A stretch of 63,631 nt of DNA, filler included, from Octopus bimaculoides (Eukaryota), in assembly GCF_001194135.2 (NCBI RefSeq). It is 4 parts of 4 records of this genome, joined end to end, with 100 filler letters (N's around TTAATTAATTAA, not from the genome) between each part and the next. Parts side by side here need not be neighbours in the genome. Positions count along the whole stretch, not along the records: positions 1 to 27,679 come from NC_068981.1; positions 27,780 to 56,516 come from NC_068982.1; 2 more parts are not named here. The stretch is one strand, 5' to 3'. Below the pieces are notes generated by a model, which was not told the origin of the DNA, did no database searches, and saw only the letters and a program-made list of their open reading frames with translations. The position numbers and the translations under genes are program-made. This document shows, in pieces, positions 23,283 to 36,422 of this stretch (position 1 is the stretch's first letter; every line of letters starts with the position of its first letter).

Positions 23283-25049
23283 TATATATGTGCAGTGGTG
23301 TGATTCCCTGTGTGTGTGTGTGTTAACATGAATGTTCGTGCACGCTCGTATACAAGTATAAAATTGAGATGCGGGCATAGGGTGTATAGACATTTCTATT
23401 AGAGCGTGAATATGTTATTGATGTTGTTTAAACATGTGTGAACCCTGATCGAGCAGATTTACGATCAGAGGTATTCCAGACAAAACCATCCCATGTTTTT
23501 CGGTCTAAGTAAGACATTAATTAATGCATTGTTTACTTATTTTAGACGATGGGATGGGTGTAATTCGGAGAAGATTTGGTTGCTATTTCTAACAGCTAGA
23601 GCGACCAGGCTCCTTAGTTGCTTCGGTCTCAGAGTGGATATGTTTTCTCTGTTAGTCTATTTAAGTGCATGTGTGTTTACTGTATTTATGAAACTCAGTG
23701 TGTGCGTGTACGGATGTGTGTTTATATATTGCCTGTCTACTTGCAGTAACACGTGTGGCAAAATCTAAATACCAACCCATACATATATGTCTAAGTATAT
23801 GTGCAATTGTGTATGGGTTCTTGGTAACGTGCGAACGTGTGCTTGTATCTTGTCTATTAAACAAAACATGCATCTTTGTCTCCAGAAATCAATATATTCA
23901 TTCGTTCAAAACATTCAGCGTATTGTATTATGAAAGTATGTTTAAACTGTTAATGTGTGTCAGTACGTGTGCATTTTAGTCCCTAAAACGGTGTACCATA
24001 ATCATGTAGACAAAACATTGGAACAAGTTGTATATATATTTATATATATATATATACTAAAAAAGATGTGAAAGCCTCCACAATATTGAATATGAAGAGA
24101 AATATATGAATCCTAATCGGGAAATATAGAAGCGAAAAACGATCGAGTGCAAATAGTAGTCAATGGACCACCTGCTCATGAGTCATGAGTTCGAAGCACG
24201 CTTCATACTACTTTGCATCAGTTTATTTAAGCTGTCAGTAGTAATTCGCGATAAACTAGAACCCTTATACCGGAGATACGGAGCGATTTATCGCTTATCC
24301 GATTCACGCTACGAAATTAGGACAGACTAATATCTTAGAAGACGTCAATCTCTTTATTTATATGTTTGTTTTAGACGCCCGAGTAAGGATGATAAAAAAA
24401 TTTCAAAAAAAGAAGGCTGAAAAGCAAGTCGATTTGAAATCGAAATTTAGATGGAATCAAGTTAGTCTCGGGAACATTTTATTTAAATAGAATAAAGAAC
24501 AAAACAGAATAATCAAATCACAGATTCATACATTGTGATTATTAAAGCGATGGATGTACTTTCTCTATAATTTTTGGTTATGTGTGTGTGTTTATATTAC
24601 ACACACGCACACATATATATATAATGTAAATACATACATAATCAAGACCATGTGTCTCTGTGAATACCTCCCAATTCTTTCAATTAGACCAGGTAAAATG
24701 TGTCAGTGTGTGTACATTGGTATCTGCTAGCGGATCATCGGTTAGTGTGGGTGCGTGTGTGAGTATGCCCACCCGTAAGTTATCTATGCATGTTTGTGTG
24801 TATGCTATAATGTTTATATATATAAACATTATAGCTCGGTGTTGCACTTTCATTCCTGTATATTCATACCCTCGTGTTAATGTGTGAATGTATGTATATG
24901 TTCCTGCATTCACACAGTACAATATGAATGACTGCAGAAAAGGTTTAGCATGTCTACATGCGCGCTGTGTAAGTGGGGATGTGCAATTGGGTATATGCAC
25001 GCTGATATTTTGCTTGTACACGTATGTACATGTGTGTGTGTGTGTGTAC

Positions 25050-25093
<44 letters not shown>

Positions 25094-26168
25094 GTATATT
25101 TACATCACACACATACAGGGAGAGAGACATACGGGTGTGCATATTTATAGATTTATAATTTAGAAGTATAACAACGTGTCTGCGTATGCATATATATCCC
25201 AGGACCACATCAAGCGTGTCGTTTTATAAGACGTTAACGCATGATTTAAGGGAGATTGAACTACTATTACTAGCAGGATGAGCGACCAGGTAGAAGAGCT
25301 TTCATTGGCTCGGGTGCATGTGTGTGTAATCGCGTTTAAAGTATCTTCACGATTTACTGTGTTCATGAATATGTGTTAGTAGGGTATGTGATATACTAAT
25401 ACGGGTATATATATATATATAATGTTGCTGTTTATATGTATGTATTCGTGTGCATACATACTCATGTGTATCTGCATGCAATATTTATTTACTAATGTAA
25501 ATATTTTTCTTATCTGAATGTGTGTGTGTGTAAGCCTAATACACTTTCCCTCTCGCAATCTCTGAATATGTGTGTGTGTGTGTGCGTGTATATATATAAG
25601 TATTTCACGAACTACTTAGTAAATATGTGTTTGCATGAGTGTGTGTGTATTGGTGTATTTAAATGTATTAATGTTTATTCGAAAGTTAGGATGTGGGTGT
25701 ATATTGCGTGTATGCACAATTTAGCATTTTGAAATGAAATGTATGTGTGTATGTTGGTACCTGATAGCGTAGGTTGCGTATATATGTTGCGATTTAGCAT
25801 GTGTGTGAGCGTATGTGTGCGCATCCGTTATGACAATGTTAGCACTTCGTTGAACATACTCATACGCAAGGTGGCGAATCGTTGTGGTCTCCTGTCGACA
25901 GCTGATGAAGAGAATACCCCTTAGCACACAAATTCAGCAAAATCTAAACACGTGTGTGAGTGTGTGTATACGTATATGTGTGCATGTATATATGTATGTG
26001 TGCGCGCATATATATCTTTGGATAGATAGATATAGATGCTTTAGTATGCATATATATATATATATATACAAAGGTAAAGAAGACACACACGGTGGTTAGG
26101 GTTACGCCGAAAACGTGTAGTGTGCGTATTCTTTACCTCCGCCAAACAGTTTAATATGCACACATATA

Positions 26169-26224
<56 letters not shown>

Positions 26225-26979
26225 TGCATATATATGTGCATATTAAACTGAGCGTGTGTGTGCATATATATATGTGTGTGTGTGGTGTTTCTAAGAGCTG
26301 TTTATGTGTATATGTCTGTGTGAGAGCATGTGAAGGTCTTTCCCTTTCTTCGTTTCCTCATACCCCATCATCGTTCACCCATTCAAACACTCAACCACCC
26401 TTATCTCACCTGTCACACCTCATCATCCGATCCTCATCCCCAGTATTATTTTTACCAGTGTTTTACGTAGAACTTAAAACTTACCTAAATAAGCAACGGC
26501 TTTGGGCATTACGATCCATACCGAATTCCATAATCTCACTTTGAACTTTCCATTACATTTACATTGTCCTCCTCAGCTAAACTCCTCGTAACAAAAGTTC
26601 ACACCAGAAAGAATATTAATAATACTAATAATAACAATTTCTTGAGAAGAAGAAAATATAAGACTTTAAAATACTATGGTGGATATATCTGTTGTAGTAA
26701 ATAAAAGTAAATCCGTTGAATGTCTTTCTTGCTTGCTAGCTCGTATCACCCGACGAGCCGGTAGCAGCATGTTGTAACAACTGTAAGAGAGCCATCGTTC
26801 TCTTCATCATCATCATCATCTTGTTGTTGTTGTTGTTGATGGTGGTGGTGGTGGGAGTGGCGATGAAAGTGGCAGCGGTGGTGGATTTTTGTTGTTGTTT
26901 AGTAGTGATGGGGATGGCGGTGATGAAGAGGAGAGCGGAAGGTAATAAGTTTACTCTCGCCGTCGCCGCTACGCTATTG

Positions 26980-27010
<31 letters not shown>

Positions 27011-27449
27011 TTCCTACTACTACTACTACTAAACACAGCTGACATAATCTGCTCGGCGCTATCAACATCCACGCACGCACGTAAATTATACAATGTTTTG
27101 ATTGTAAAATAGAACGGAGTCGGATGGTTCGCGCAGTTGGTTTGGTAGTTTTGCGGTTTGATTAGGTTTGATATTGTCAGAAAGAGGAAGTCTCATGTGT
27201 GTGTGTGTGTTTGTATATTCGTGTATGTGCGTTTGCTGTTGATAGATTACCTATCGATCATCATATATGCCTATTTGTAAATGTAATTGCTTGTTTGCTG
27301 GTGTTGACGTGCGTGTGTGTGCGTTAAAGCTTATATCAATACACACACGCACGCATACATATATCAATACATATTTCATTGAATTCCTTGATTCAATCTA
27401 TTAGACACATTGTGTTTAATATGTGTATGTACATGGAGATATATATATT

Positions 27450-27499
<50 letters not shown>

Positions 27500-27523
27500 A
27501 CCCACACAAATATATAAATATAA

Positions 27524-27678
27524 GACGGGCTTCTTTTCAGTTTCTGTTTACTTATTTATCTTTCCGTTTATCTATTCAAAATTTTTGTCGGTCCAGGGTA
27601 TAGTATCGCCCAAAGTACAACGCAGTGGGACTGAACCCGGAACCATTTGGTTGGGAAGCAAGCTTCTTACCACACATG
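27524..27678 (-). mobile_element. SINE family B 5' half (runs into a gap)
   Basis: gtgggactgaacccggaaccat..ttgggaagcaagcttcttaccacaca is the reverse complement of the family B head. Confidence 0.85.
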
Positions 27679-27723
27679 ANNNNNNNNNNNNNNNNNNNNN
27701 NNNNNNNNNNNNNNNNNNNNNNN

Positions 27724-27735
27724 TTAATTAATTAA
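27724..27735. other. Artificial gap linker TTAATTAATTAA (also 56561-56572 and 59502-59513)
   Basis: Identical palindromic 12-mer embedded in Ns three times; it carries stops in all six frames. Confidence 0.92.
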
Positions 27736-27780
27736 NNNNNNNNNNNNNNNNNNNNNNNNNNNNNNNNNNNNNNNNNNNNG

Positions 27781-28030
27781 CTGTTATCGTTAGGCCTAAC
27801 TCATCGTAAGGTAAATACCACCATTACCGATATCCAAACTACAGTGGAGAAGGCTAGCCACTCGATTTGGTTAAAAAGAGATGATGAGCAATGGCTAGAG
27901 AAATATTGAGCTTTGTTTTAATAATCAGTTGATCTAGCAAGCGGGGCCTCATATCAGTGAGGGGGGCCGGTGCGCATCGATGCCGTCGAGAGGTAGGCCC
28001 CGAAACGGCGCGCATTCTCTCCTGATGACC
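27781..28030 (+). mobile_element. Possible Penelope-like element 3' remnant
   Basis: TITDIQTTVEK..RDDEQWLEKY then a GL(N)-like stretch weakly resembles a GIY-YIG C-terminus. It is followed by hammerhead-core motifs. Confidence 0.3.
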
Positions 28031-28327
28031 CCATACACTTGCTGGCTTCCGGTATGTGGAGTTCTTGACTGGTAGCACTTGCATGTGCAAGTTGCTTGCA
28101 AGACACTTGTGAATTTAGGAGTTACTGAATAAGATAATTTAACAATTGGTGAATAAGATTACTTAATACTAATTAAAGTGCTTATAATATCTGAACTGCT
28201 GGCAAATATTTCTTGAGTAAAGAAGATTCTAGATATTAGTTTTCCCTCTTCAATATCCAATGGTGGATTATACCAAATAATATGCCCAAGACTAATTCAT
28301 TCTAATCATATGCTCTTAGTTGATATA

Positions 28328-29563
28328 TAAGGGTCAGTTAAAAGTTCATAACCTGACTAAGATACTCTCATGGGATGTGTCTAAATGAGGTTTAATTTTC
28401 AATGTAGTCCCCATTGTGAACCACACACTGCTTCCATCGCTGTTGCAGTGTTTGGATCCCATTCCTGAAGAAACTTTCATCTTGTTCATCAAAAATGTCA
28501 TCAGCAGATATGACATCATCACTGCAATAGTGGTGCCCAACCAAGTGGTTTTTCATGCTTGGGAACAGATGATAATCAGATGGAGCCAAATCAGGAGAAT
28601 AGGGAGGGTGGTCAACCAGTTCAAAACCACAATCACACACAGTGGTTATTGAAACCAAGGACTTGTGTGTTGGAGCATTGTTCTGATGAAACAAGACCCC
28701 TTTTGTCAGTTTTCCTGGCATTTGCTCTTGATAGCCCTTTGTAACTGCCTCAGCAAGTTGGCATAATACTTGCCATTGATGGTGTGGCCCTTTTGCATCC
28801 CAAATAACTGAGGCCATCTCCTTCCCTGCAGATGAAACGACCTTGGCCTTCCTTGGAGCAAGTGAGGTGGGGTGTTTCCACTGCATGGATTGTCATTTTG
28901 TCTTTGGTTCAAAATGATGAAGCCAACACTCATCTTAGCTTAGTAAATGTTCAAGAAAATCAGGTAGATCTGTCTGAACTAATGTCAGATTTTCCCATGA
29001 TGTGATAAGCCTGGTGTGCTTTTTATCAGGTGTCAGAAAACGTGGCACCCACCATGCAAAAACCATCATCATGCCAAGTTCATCGAGAAGAATATTCTTA
29101 ACTCTCTCACAGGATATACTAATAACATTGGTAATTTGATATATAGTCAATCGTCTGTCATCCATCACCTTATGGTGAACATGATCAATGTTTTCTCTGG
29201 TTGTTGCAGTTGCAGGATGTCTTCAAGACTCTCTCTTTCTCTCCTATATTCAGCTGCCTACTTTTGAACTGTTGATAAAGCTAGAATGTTATTTCCTAAT
29301 GTAGCAACCATATCAGTCTGAATGTTCTTTGGGACGAAACCCTTTTTCAGCAGGTACTTCATAAAAACAACGATGCCAAATTTTACTAATTTTCAAGAGA
29401 AGTCACAACTAGTTACTTTTGAAATCTTCTTAGAACAATCATTTTACCTGGAAAGAAACACTGCAATTATTAATAAAAAGTGTTGAAATTAATGCCTGCA
29501 AGATTTTACAGCTCTAGCATCACTCCTTCATAGTCAGTCTATGGACTTTTCAGCCCGTCCTCA
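28328..29563 (-). mobile_element. Near full-length decayed mariner (irritans/Himar-like) with transposase pseudogene
   Basis: WWVPRFL, QWKHPTS..SAGKEMASVIWDAKG, VLFHQNNAPTH, HPPYSPDLAPSDYHLF, RWKQCV..GDYIE. TIRs TA|taagggtcagttaaaagttc and ggacttttcagcccgtcctca|TA. Confidence 0.92.
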
Positions 29564-30669
29564 TAAAACAATTTCTAAAAAATTGCTACAATCCAATGCT
29601 TCATTGTAATAGGTTCAATGATCCTTAAAAATTTGCTTGTTAATTGAAAATCTAAATTATCTCAATGTGATACTTTAATCAACTTTTTTTCTGTTGATGT
29701 TTGAATGATTTAAAAATTTGTTGCTATAATTTATTTGTAGCATCATTAGGTTTTCGATGTAGATAATATAATCCATTGGAGAGTTTCAGTTACACCCCAA
29801 AATTTGGCTATAGAGGGATTCATATCTAATTTAATAGACTGAGCAAGACTTTTGAAGTATTCAGTTGCGACCTTTCAGAATCTCTCTGACCCAGAAGCTG
29901 TAATTAATCATGGTCTATACAACCCATCATCTCTATACAACCCCATTCTTATATGAGAGGACTTGCCCACAAGTTAATACAAAAAATAGGCCAATAAAAT
30001 CAGTAACTACAGCTAAATTGTTTATACCTATACTCACATCAGAAGGGGTATTTAGGGATTATTTTTATCCAAATAGAATTGTTGTAATAGTGACACATTT
30101 CTAAGCATGGATAATCATATAAACCTTTAATACCAATTAAGTTTTCAGCAACAGTAATAACTTTAAATAATAGCAATAACATAATGGAGGTATTATAATT
30201 ATCAAATTCAAATTGAAAATATTTTGTCCATATCTTATAAGGGATACATTTGAATCAGTCTACTTAATACATATTCATTCAGTTATCAATTAATTTTACT
30301 GTTTTTACATATTTAGTATCAATGTGTGCAAGCATTTCAAATATAGATTATAAAGCAGCTTTTGCAAGTATTTGTGTTTTCTTAACATGATATGATGTCA
30401 ATTTAATATACTGTTTTCCTCTAATTCCTTGGATTCATATACTTTGGAGAAATCATTTTGACTGTTGACTATTAGCTTTGTTTTAAACGGAATTTCACAG
30501 AAATATTTTAAAATAATTCAACTGTGCTTACAGATTCAAAATTTTGATTTCGTAGGAGGTATGAATCAATGAAATCAGAATTATTATTTTACTAAAACTT
30601 AAAATTCATTAACAAAACAGTAAAAATGAAAGCAAAGGTAACAAACAATGCTTTACATTTTACCATATA

Positions 30670-30760
30670 TTTTGAGGATTAAAAATCCTTTATCAAGAGA
30701 AAGACACAAAGTTATCGCTATAATACATTTTCTCTTGATAAAGGGTTTTTAATCCAAAAT
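30670..30760. repeat. Short near-perfect hairpin (26-bp stem, 25-nt loop)
   Basis: gattaaaaatcctttatcaagagaaa ... tttctcttgataaagggtttttaatc. Confidence 0.9.
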
Positions 30761-30891
30761 ACTGAAACATTAGTTGAAATTTAAATTGGTGTCATCCTCC
30801 TTACTTTTGTTTAGACTCTTATTTTGAAATTGCATTGTACATGCTTTTTTAAACAATTTTACCATATACTGTATTGTTCAAACCATACATG

Positions 30892-30937
<46 letters not shown>

Positions 30938-32539
30938 TACTTTGGGTTCTATTTCTGTAGATTGAATCATATTATGTTCATAATATATATAAATGTGTTT
31001 TAAACATTCAGTTTTGCAGCAAAGGATAGTATTTGGAGTTGTAAGTCTGAATGACTTGTCATTANNNNNNNNNNNNNNNNNNNNNNNNNNNNNNNNNNNN
31101 NNNNNNNNNNNNNTATATATACATATATATACATAGAGAGAGAGAAATGGAATTGATTTACAACCCCAATTATTACTTTATTTTGCAAGACTAATTATGT
31201 TTCAGACAGTTTTATGTCATAAACATTAAATATGAGTCCACATATAGAAAATATTAACATCCATCCTGCTATTCCATGTAATCTTGTCAAAATGCAACAG
31301 TTCTATCTCTGTGAAATTTTACTTTTTGATCTGATGTCTGTTTCTCATACAGGTATGGCTTAAATGAAATAGAAACACAAAACATCTTCAAACAATGTAT
31401 CTTTTCTATATGATATTGGCTTCCTAGATTTATCCACTCTTCTTCCTAAGAAAATTTCCTTTTGTCTATTTCTTTATTAAAAACCCACATCTCCCATTAA
31501 CTCAACTCCTACCCTGCCTAACGTAATGACTGTACTTTCACTATTTTCTGTCCGGTTATATTAATATCAGCTTAGTAGAACTTATCTATAGCTTCAAGCG
31601 AGCTGTCTTAGTAGATTGTGGTCTTCATGAAAGCAGTAGAATATGAGCAAACTAATAATAGTCTGTGTTGGTAAATAATATGAATAAAATGTTTTCAAAT
31701 TTGAATATATTGTTTTGCCATGAGAAACAGAAATTATGAAATGTTTCAGGTGGAACCATGTATTTCACAGAACAGAAAGAGTATCCTGTTTGAAAATATT
31801 CTGTTGTTCTGTTTAAGCTATGCCAGGATGTGAAACTGGCATTAAATCAATGATATATCCCCTCAATCATGAAACTGGTGAATTTTGGCAATACAGAATT
31901 ATATGGAGCTCCATATGAAATGCAAATTGATGTTTTCTACAAATGGAATCATACTTAAATGTTTGTGACACATGAAAATGTCTTAAACATAATTAGTTCT
32001 ATCAGGAAGAGTAATATTTTGGGGTTGCATACCTATTGCTTTTTTTTTTTCATTTCTTTCTTTCTTTTTTGTTTATTGACAAGCAAATCATGTCTGGATT
32101 TATAACTCTAAATATTACTATTTTGTGGCAAGAATGAATATGATGAAAACAATTTATATGCTATGAATATTATATATAACTCCATCTGCAAAAACATAAT
32201 TTTAAAAGTAGCCCCTGCTGCCAACAACTCATAAGCATCCAAAGCTTTTAAAGACATTGCTTTTTGTCAGTTTGCCAAGATTAGACTGAAATTTTTGTGT
32301 TCCCATCACTAGCATTGCATGAACACTTCTGAGATAACACTGAGATTTTATGCTTGCAGTTACCTATTATTATTTTGGTCTTTGCCTCATTAACCTTAGG
32401 GTCTTTTTCTTCTAAACTCTTCTAAAATTTATCTTACGAATCCTAAAGATTTGTACTAGATAATATAGTAAAAATCTGACTGATCAAAATAAAAGCTCTC
32501 TATGAATTCAATTATGAATGCCTATATTGTTGGCTAAAA

Positions 32540-33620
32540 GCACTTTAATTCATGTAATTTTCGGTTCCATCCTTCCAACACTGTTCACAACTCTTTGGGT
32601 AGGTCTCTTCTTTAGTCCTGACCAAGCAATGCTGTATCAAGAAAATTTGGTAAATGAAAACTGTGTGAAAGCTCAACGAAAGGACTTTTCCAATTCTTTG
32701 GTTGTAAACTTGAATTATCATTTGTTTTAACACCCCAAGCTTGCTTTTGAGTCCCTTGAGTGAAGTCCACGCTGTAGCAAGTCTTTCATTCAATTTTTAG
32801 TCCAAAAATAACTTCCTTTCTTCCATTCAGAGCTTTAAATAAATACCATAAGTGTTACCCTTTTTTCACTGACAAAATCATAACAAAAAGGATTACAATA
32901 AGACCATAAAAAAGTGACAAGAGAACAAATCCAAAGTAAATGCTGAATTGGCCATTAAATTCTATCTTAAAATCATTAGCAATTGTGACTTTGCTTTCAT
33001 CATTCTTATACATGAACCATTCATTTCCCGGTTTTCACCTGACAACAGAGTAGGGTATGCTATAAGAAGCTTTCTCCAGGTTGACAAATATTTGGTAGTG
33101 TTTTTGCTGCTTGTCCTTCATACTTTCATTTGCAACTATCCAAACAGAATGACAACACATGGTTCTACTTCTTTGCAAATACTCAAATCATATTCTTTCT
33201 TAAATAATTGGCAATACTAATGTTTTCTGTAATTTTTATGAGTTGTCTTTTGAATTCTCCTGAATGAATGAATCTCTACATTTTTTTTTACAGACTAAAA
33301 CCTCTTGCACAAGGGATTCTCCACGCCATTGTTTGAACTGAAATAGCAGCCTAATATTTAAACCACATTTTACTGCCATAAAAAAATGGCAGGACATTTG
33401 AGAATGTAGTTCTTGACACACTATGTCTGAAACAAAGATAGAGTGATTCCATTTCGAAAGGTATTTGATCATAGGTCGTCCTACAAAAGACAAACTTGGT
33501 GCTAAACAACAACAGCAGTCTAATTAACTTCAAGTAGAACCTCAACATGGTTAGCCAGCCTGCTAAGAATGGCAGCCAAATCTTCTTGAAATCATACCTT
33601 AACACCTAGCTTTAAAGTTC
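32540..33620 (-). mobile_element. Old RTE-like LINE RT remnants
   Basis: Minus-strand IFVNLEKASYSIP..NEWFMYKNDESKV (cf. AFVDLEKAFDRVP..DEW) and QCWKDGTEN (cf. xWKDKxTN). Heavily decayed; may be more than one piece. Confidence 0.5.
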
Positions 33621-34401
33621 CTAATATACTAAAAGATAGGATGCCCGTGTCTAGAATGCCATTGATCATGTGATTCCTTGACAAGAACTGATGTGGGGCT
33701 AAGCAATAACAACAAATAAATTAATGACAACTCAATGAAGTGGACTCTACATAGTTGCTTGATTTCTTAGAAAGAGCAGCCAAATCTTCTACAAATTATA
33801 CCCCTTCATCCTAAAAGAGGAAAATAATGTAAAAGACAATACATTCCCAATCCTCAAAAGAAGAATGGGATGATAATAAAAGGAACACATTCGATTACAT
33901 ATCTGCTCAAACTGGACTGGACTGATCTTGGGTCAAACAATAACAACAATAATTTGATTAACTAAGCAAAAAGAAAAACTGCTAGTATGATATTGATATA
34001 ATATTAATGTTTCTAGTGTATCATAGCAACTATAGATAACAGAACTATAACTTTCCTTGGTCATCTTATTCTTAATTGTGTCACTAACCTTAACAATAGC
34101 CATACAATAATAATAATAATGAGTTTATTGTATGCAGTGTTCAAGTGCACTATAGTTTGTAGGAAATGAGTGAAAGAGGAGACAGAAAGTGACAATATAT
34201 CAAATAAAGACAGCATTGAAAGCCAAAAGTTCATGCACAGTACTTCTGTCTTTCAATCAGGGACGTGCTGTCTAGGTAGGCAAGGTAGGCAGTGCCTACC
34301 TCGGATAAAATAGATCGATAGCAACATTTTCTTTTCGTGACAAAATATGCACCTAACTCAATAAAATCATGAAGGTTAATCTAATTATTATGTATAAAAT
34401 A

Positions 34402-34733
34402 AAGGTGCATGGCTCAGTGGTTAGAGCGTCAAGCTTATAATCATGAGGTTATGAGTTCGAATCCTGGACTGGGCGGTGTGTTGTGTTCTTGAGCAAGACA
34501 CTTTATTTCACGTTGCTCCAGTTCACTCAGCTGTAGAAATGAGTTGCGACGTCACTGGTGCCAAGCTGTTTCGGCTTTTGCCTTTCTCTTGGATAACATC
34601 GGCGGCATGGAGAAGGGAGAGTGGTATGCATGGGCGACCGCTGGTCTTCCACAAACAACCTTGCCTGGACTTGTGCCTAAAAGGGAAACTTTCTAGGTGC
34701 AATCCCAAAGTCATTCATGACCGAAGGAGTCTC
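34402..34733 (+). mobile_element. SINE family A, full length
   Basis: aaggtgcatggctcagtggttagagcg..gagttcgaatcc..ccgaaggagtctc. Possible TSD atgtataaaa. Confidence 0.9.
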
Positions 34734-35083
34734 ATGTATAAAAGGCAAAATATTTTAGTTTTTTTTTGTAAATTAGGTAGGCATAATTCGTTCCTACTTT
34801 TCAAACTCAGTATTTAAGCTATGCATAATACTGCCATAGTACACATGCCATGTACACTCCTAAAACTATGTTTTCTTTATGGGTTATACAGGCAGAAGTA
34901 AATCTGCCTACAACTCATTTGCCTGTGTTTCACTTACTTTTGGTGTTTTACTACATAAATGTCACCAACTGCCTACCCTGAGTGATTACTGACAGCATGT
35001 GCCTGCTTTCAATGATTTTCATTTCTACTATTAATTTTAGCCACAACTTTACATTCTGAGTTCATAACTACCAGTTGAGCATT

Positions 35084-35395
35084 TTTTTTATCTCGCCCTT
35101 TTAAAGCTTAGCAAGGCTCATGGGCCTGGTTTCCCTGTTTCTGTGGCGTATGTGTTCCCCCCCAGCTGGACGGGATGCCAGTCCATGGCAGCTTTACTCA
35201 AGAAACAGGAAGAAAGAGTGAGAGAAAGTTGGGGTGAAAGAATACAACAGGGGTCGCCACAACCCCCTGCTGGAGCCTCATGGAGCTTTAAGTGTTTTTG
35301 CTCAATAAACACACACAACACTCGGTCTGGGAATTGAAACCGTAATCCTTCGACCATGAGTCTGCTGTCCTAACCACTGGGCCATTGGGCCTCCA
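35084..35395 (-). mobile_element. SINE family D head with poly(A)-ending alternative tail and 12-bp TSD
   Basis: TSD cagttgagcatt at 35072-35083 and 35396-35407. Head tggaggcccaatggcccagtggttagg. Confidence 0.88.
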
Positions 35396-35716
35396 CAGTT
35401 GAGCATTAGGGTCAATGTAATCGACTTATCTCCTCATCTGAAATTGCTGACCTTGTGCCAAAGTTTGAGACCAATTTCAGCCACAACTATGGAGAAAAAT
35501 CTCCAACCATAGATATAATTAGATGTCAAGGGCTCGATTCCTACACCTTGCTGTTTTACTCCATAACCTTTCTGGTTTTCAACTGGAATTTGATAGCTAT
35601 TGATGTGACTTGAGAGACATATACTCTTCAGCAGGCAGGGGCTTCGATTTGGCACCCATTCATGTTTCATTTTCTGTATGGGAATTTGGTGATGGATAAA
35701 TGCACAACCGTAATCA

Positions 35717-36422
35717 AACCACCAGCACCAGCACCACTACCACCACCACTACCACTTCCACCAGCACCAGCACCAGCACCACCAGCATCAGCAGCAGCAC
35801 CACCACCACCACCACCAGCACCAGCACCACCACCACCACCACTGTCATCATATTGGTGATGATACATATATATGTGTGTACACACGTCTGTGCATAATCA
35901 TATAACATATACACACACATCATACACGTGCAAAAATGCATGTACACACACATGCACATACACACATATACAAGCACACACATGCATGTACACTTACATG
36001 CATTTACATATGCACACATACATATGATAAAAAAGGATTTTCTATTCATTTTTAGCTGACAATAATAGATCAGTTATTCTTCATGGTAAAGTTTTATTTG
36101 AACTTTTATTGGAGAAAAGGAATCGAAATAAAAAAAAGGAACTCGTTTTTTTCATCTTCTTCAATTGCAAAATGGCCAAAGTTCTGTTTTAGATTTTCTT
36201 TCTATATTTGTTATTTTCTTCAATATGTCAGGGATTTATTTCAATACAGTATAATTATGTTATTTTTTATATTAGTAGCATATCGTCATCATCATCATCA
36301 TCCACCACCACCACCACCACCACCACCATCACCATTACTATCATCACCATCATCATCGTCGTCATCATCATCATCAACCACCACCGCCACCACCATTGCT
36401 ATCATCATCATCGTCATCATCA
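35717..36422. repeat. (CCA/GCA)n, (CA/TA)n and (CAT/CAC)n low-complexity tracts with a unique spacer
   Basis: Direct reading. Confidence 0.85.

Noticed and set aside
26736-27080. Poly-V/T/N/M ORFs as real proteins (also 35662-36049, 56176-56572)
   Set aside because: Translations of trinucleotide microsatellites.
27724-27735. Conserved TTAATTAATTAA regulatory or piggyBac-like site
   Set aside because: Always embedded in Ns, so it is an assembler spacer.
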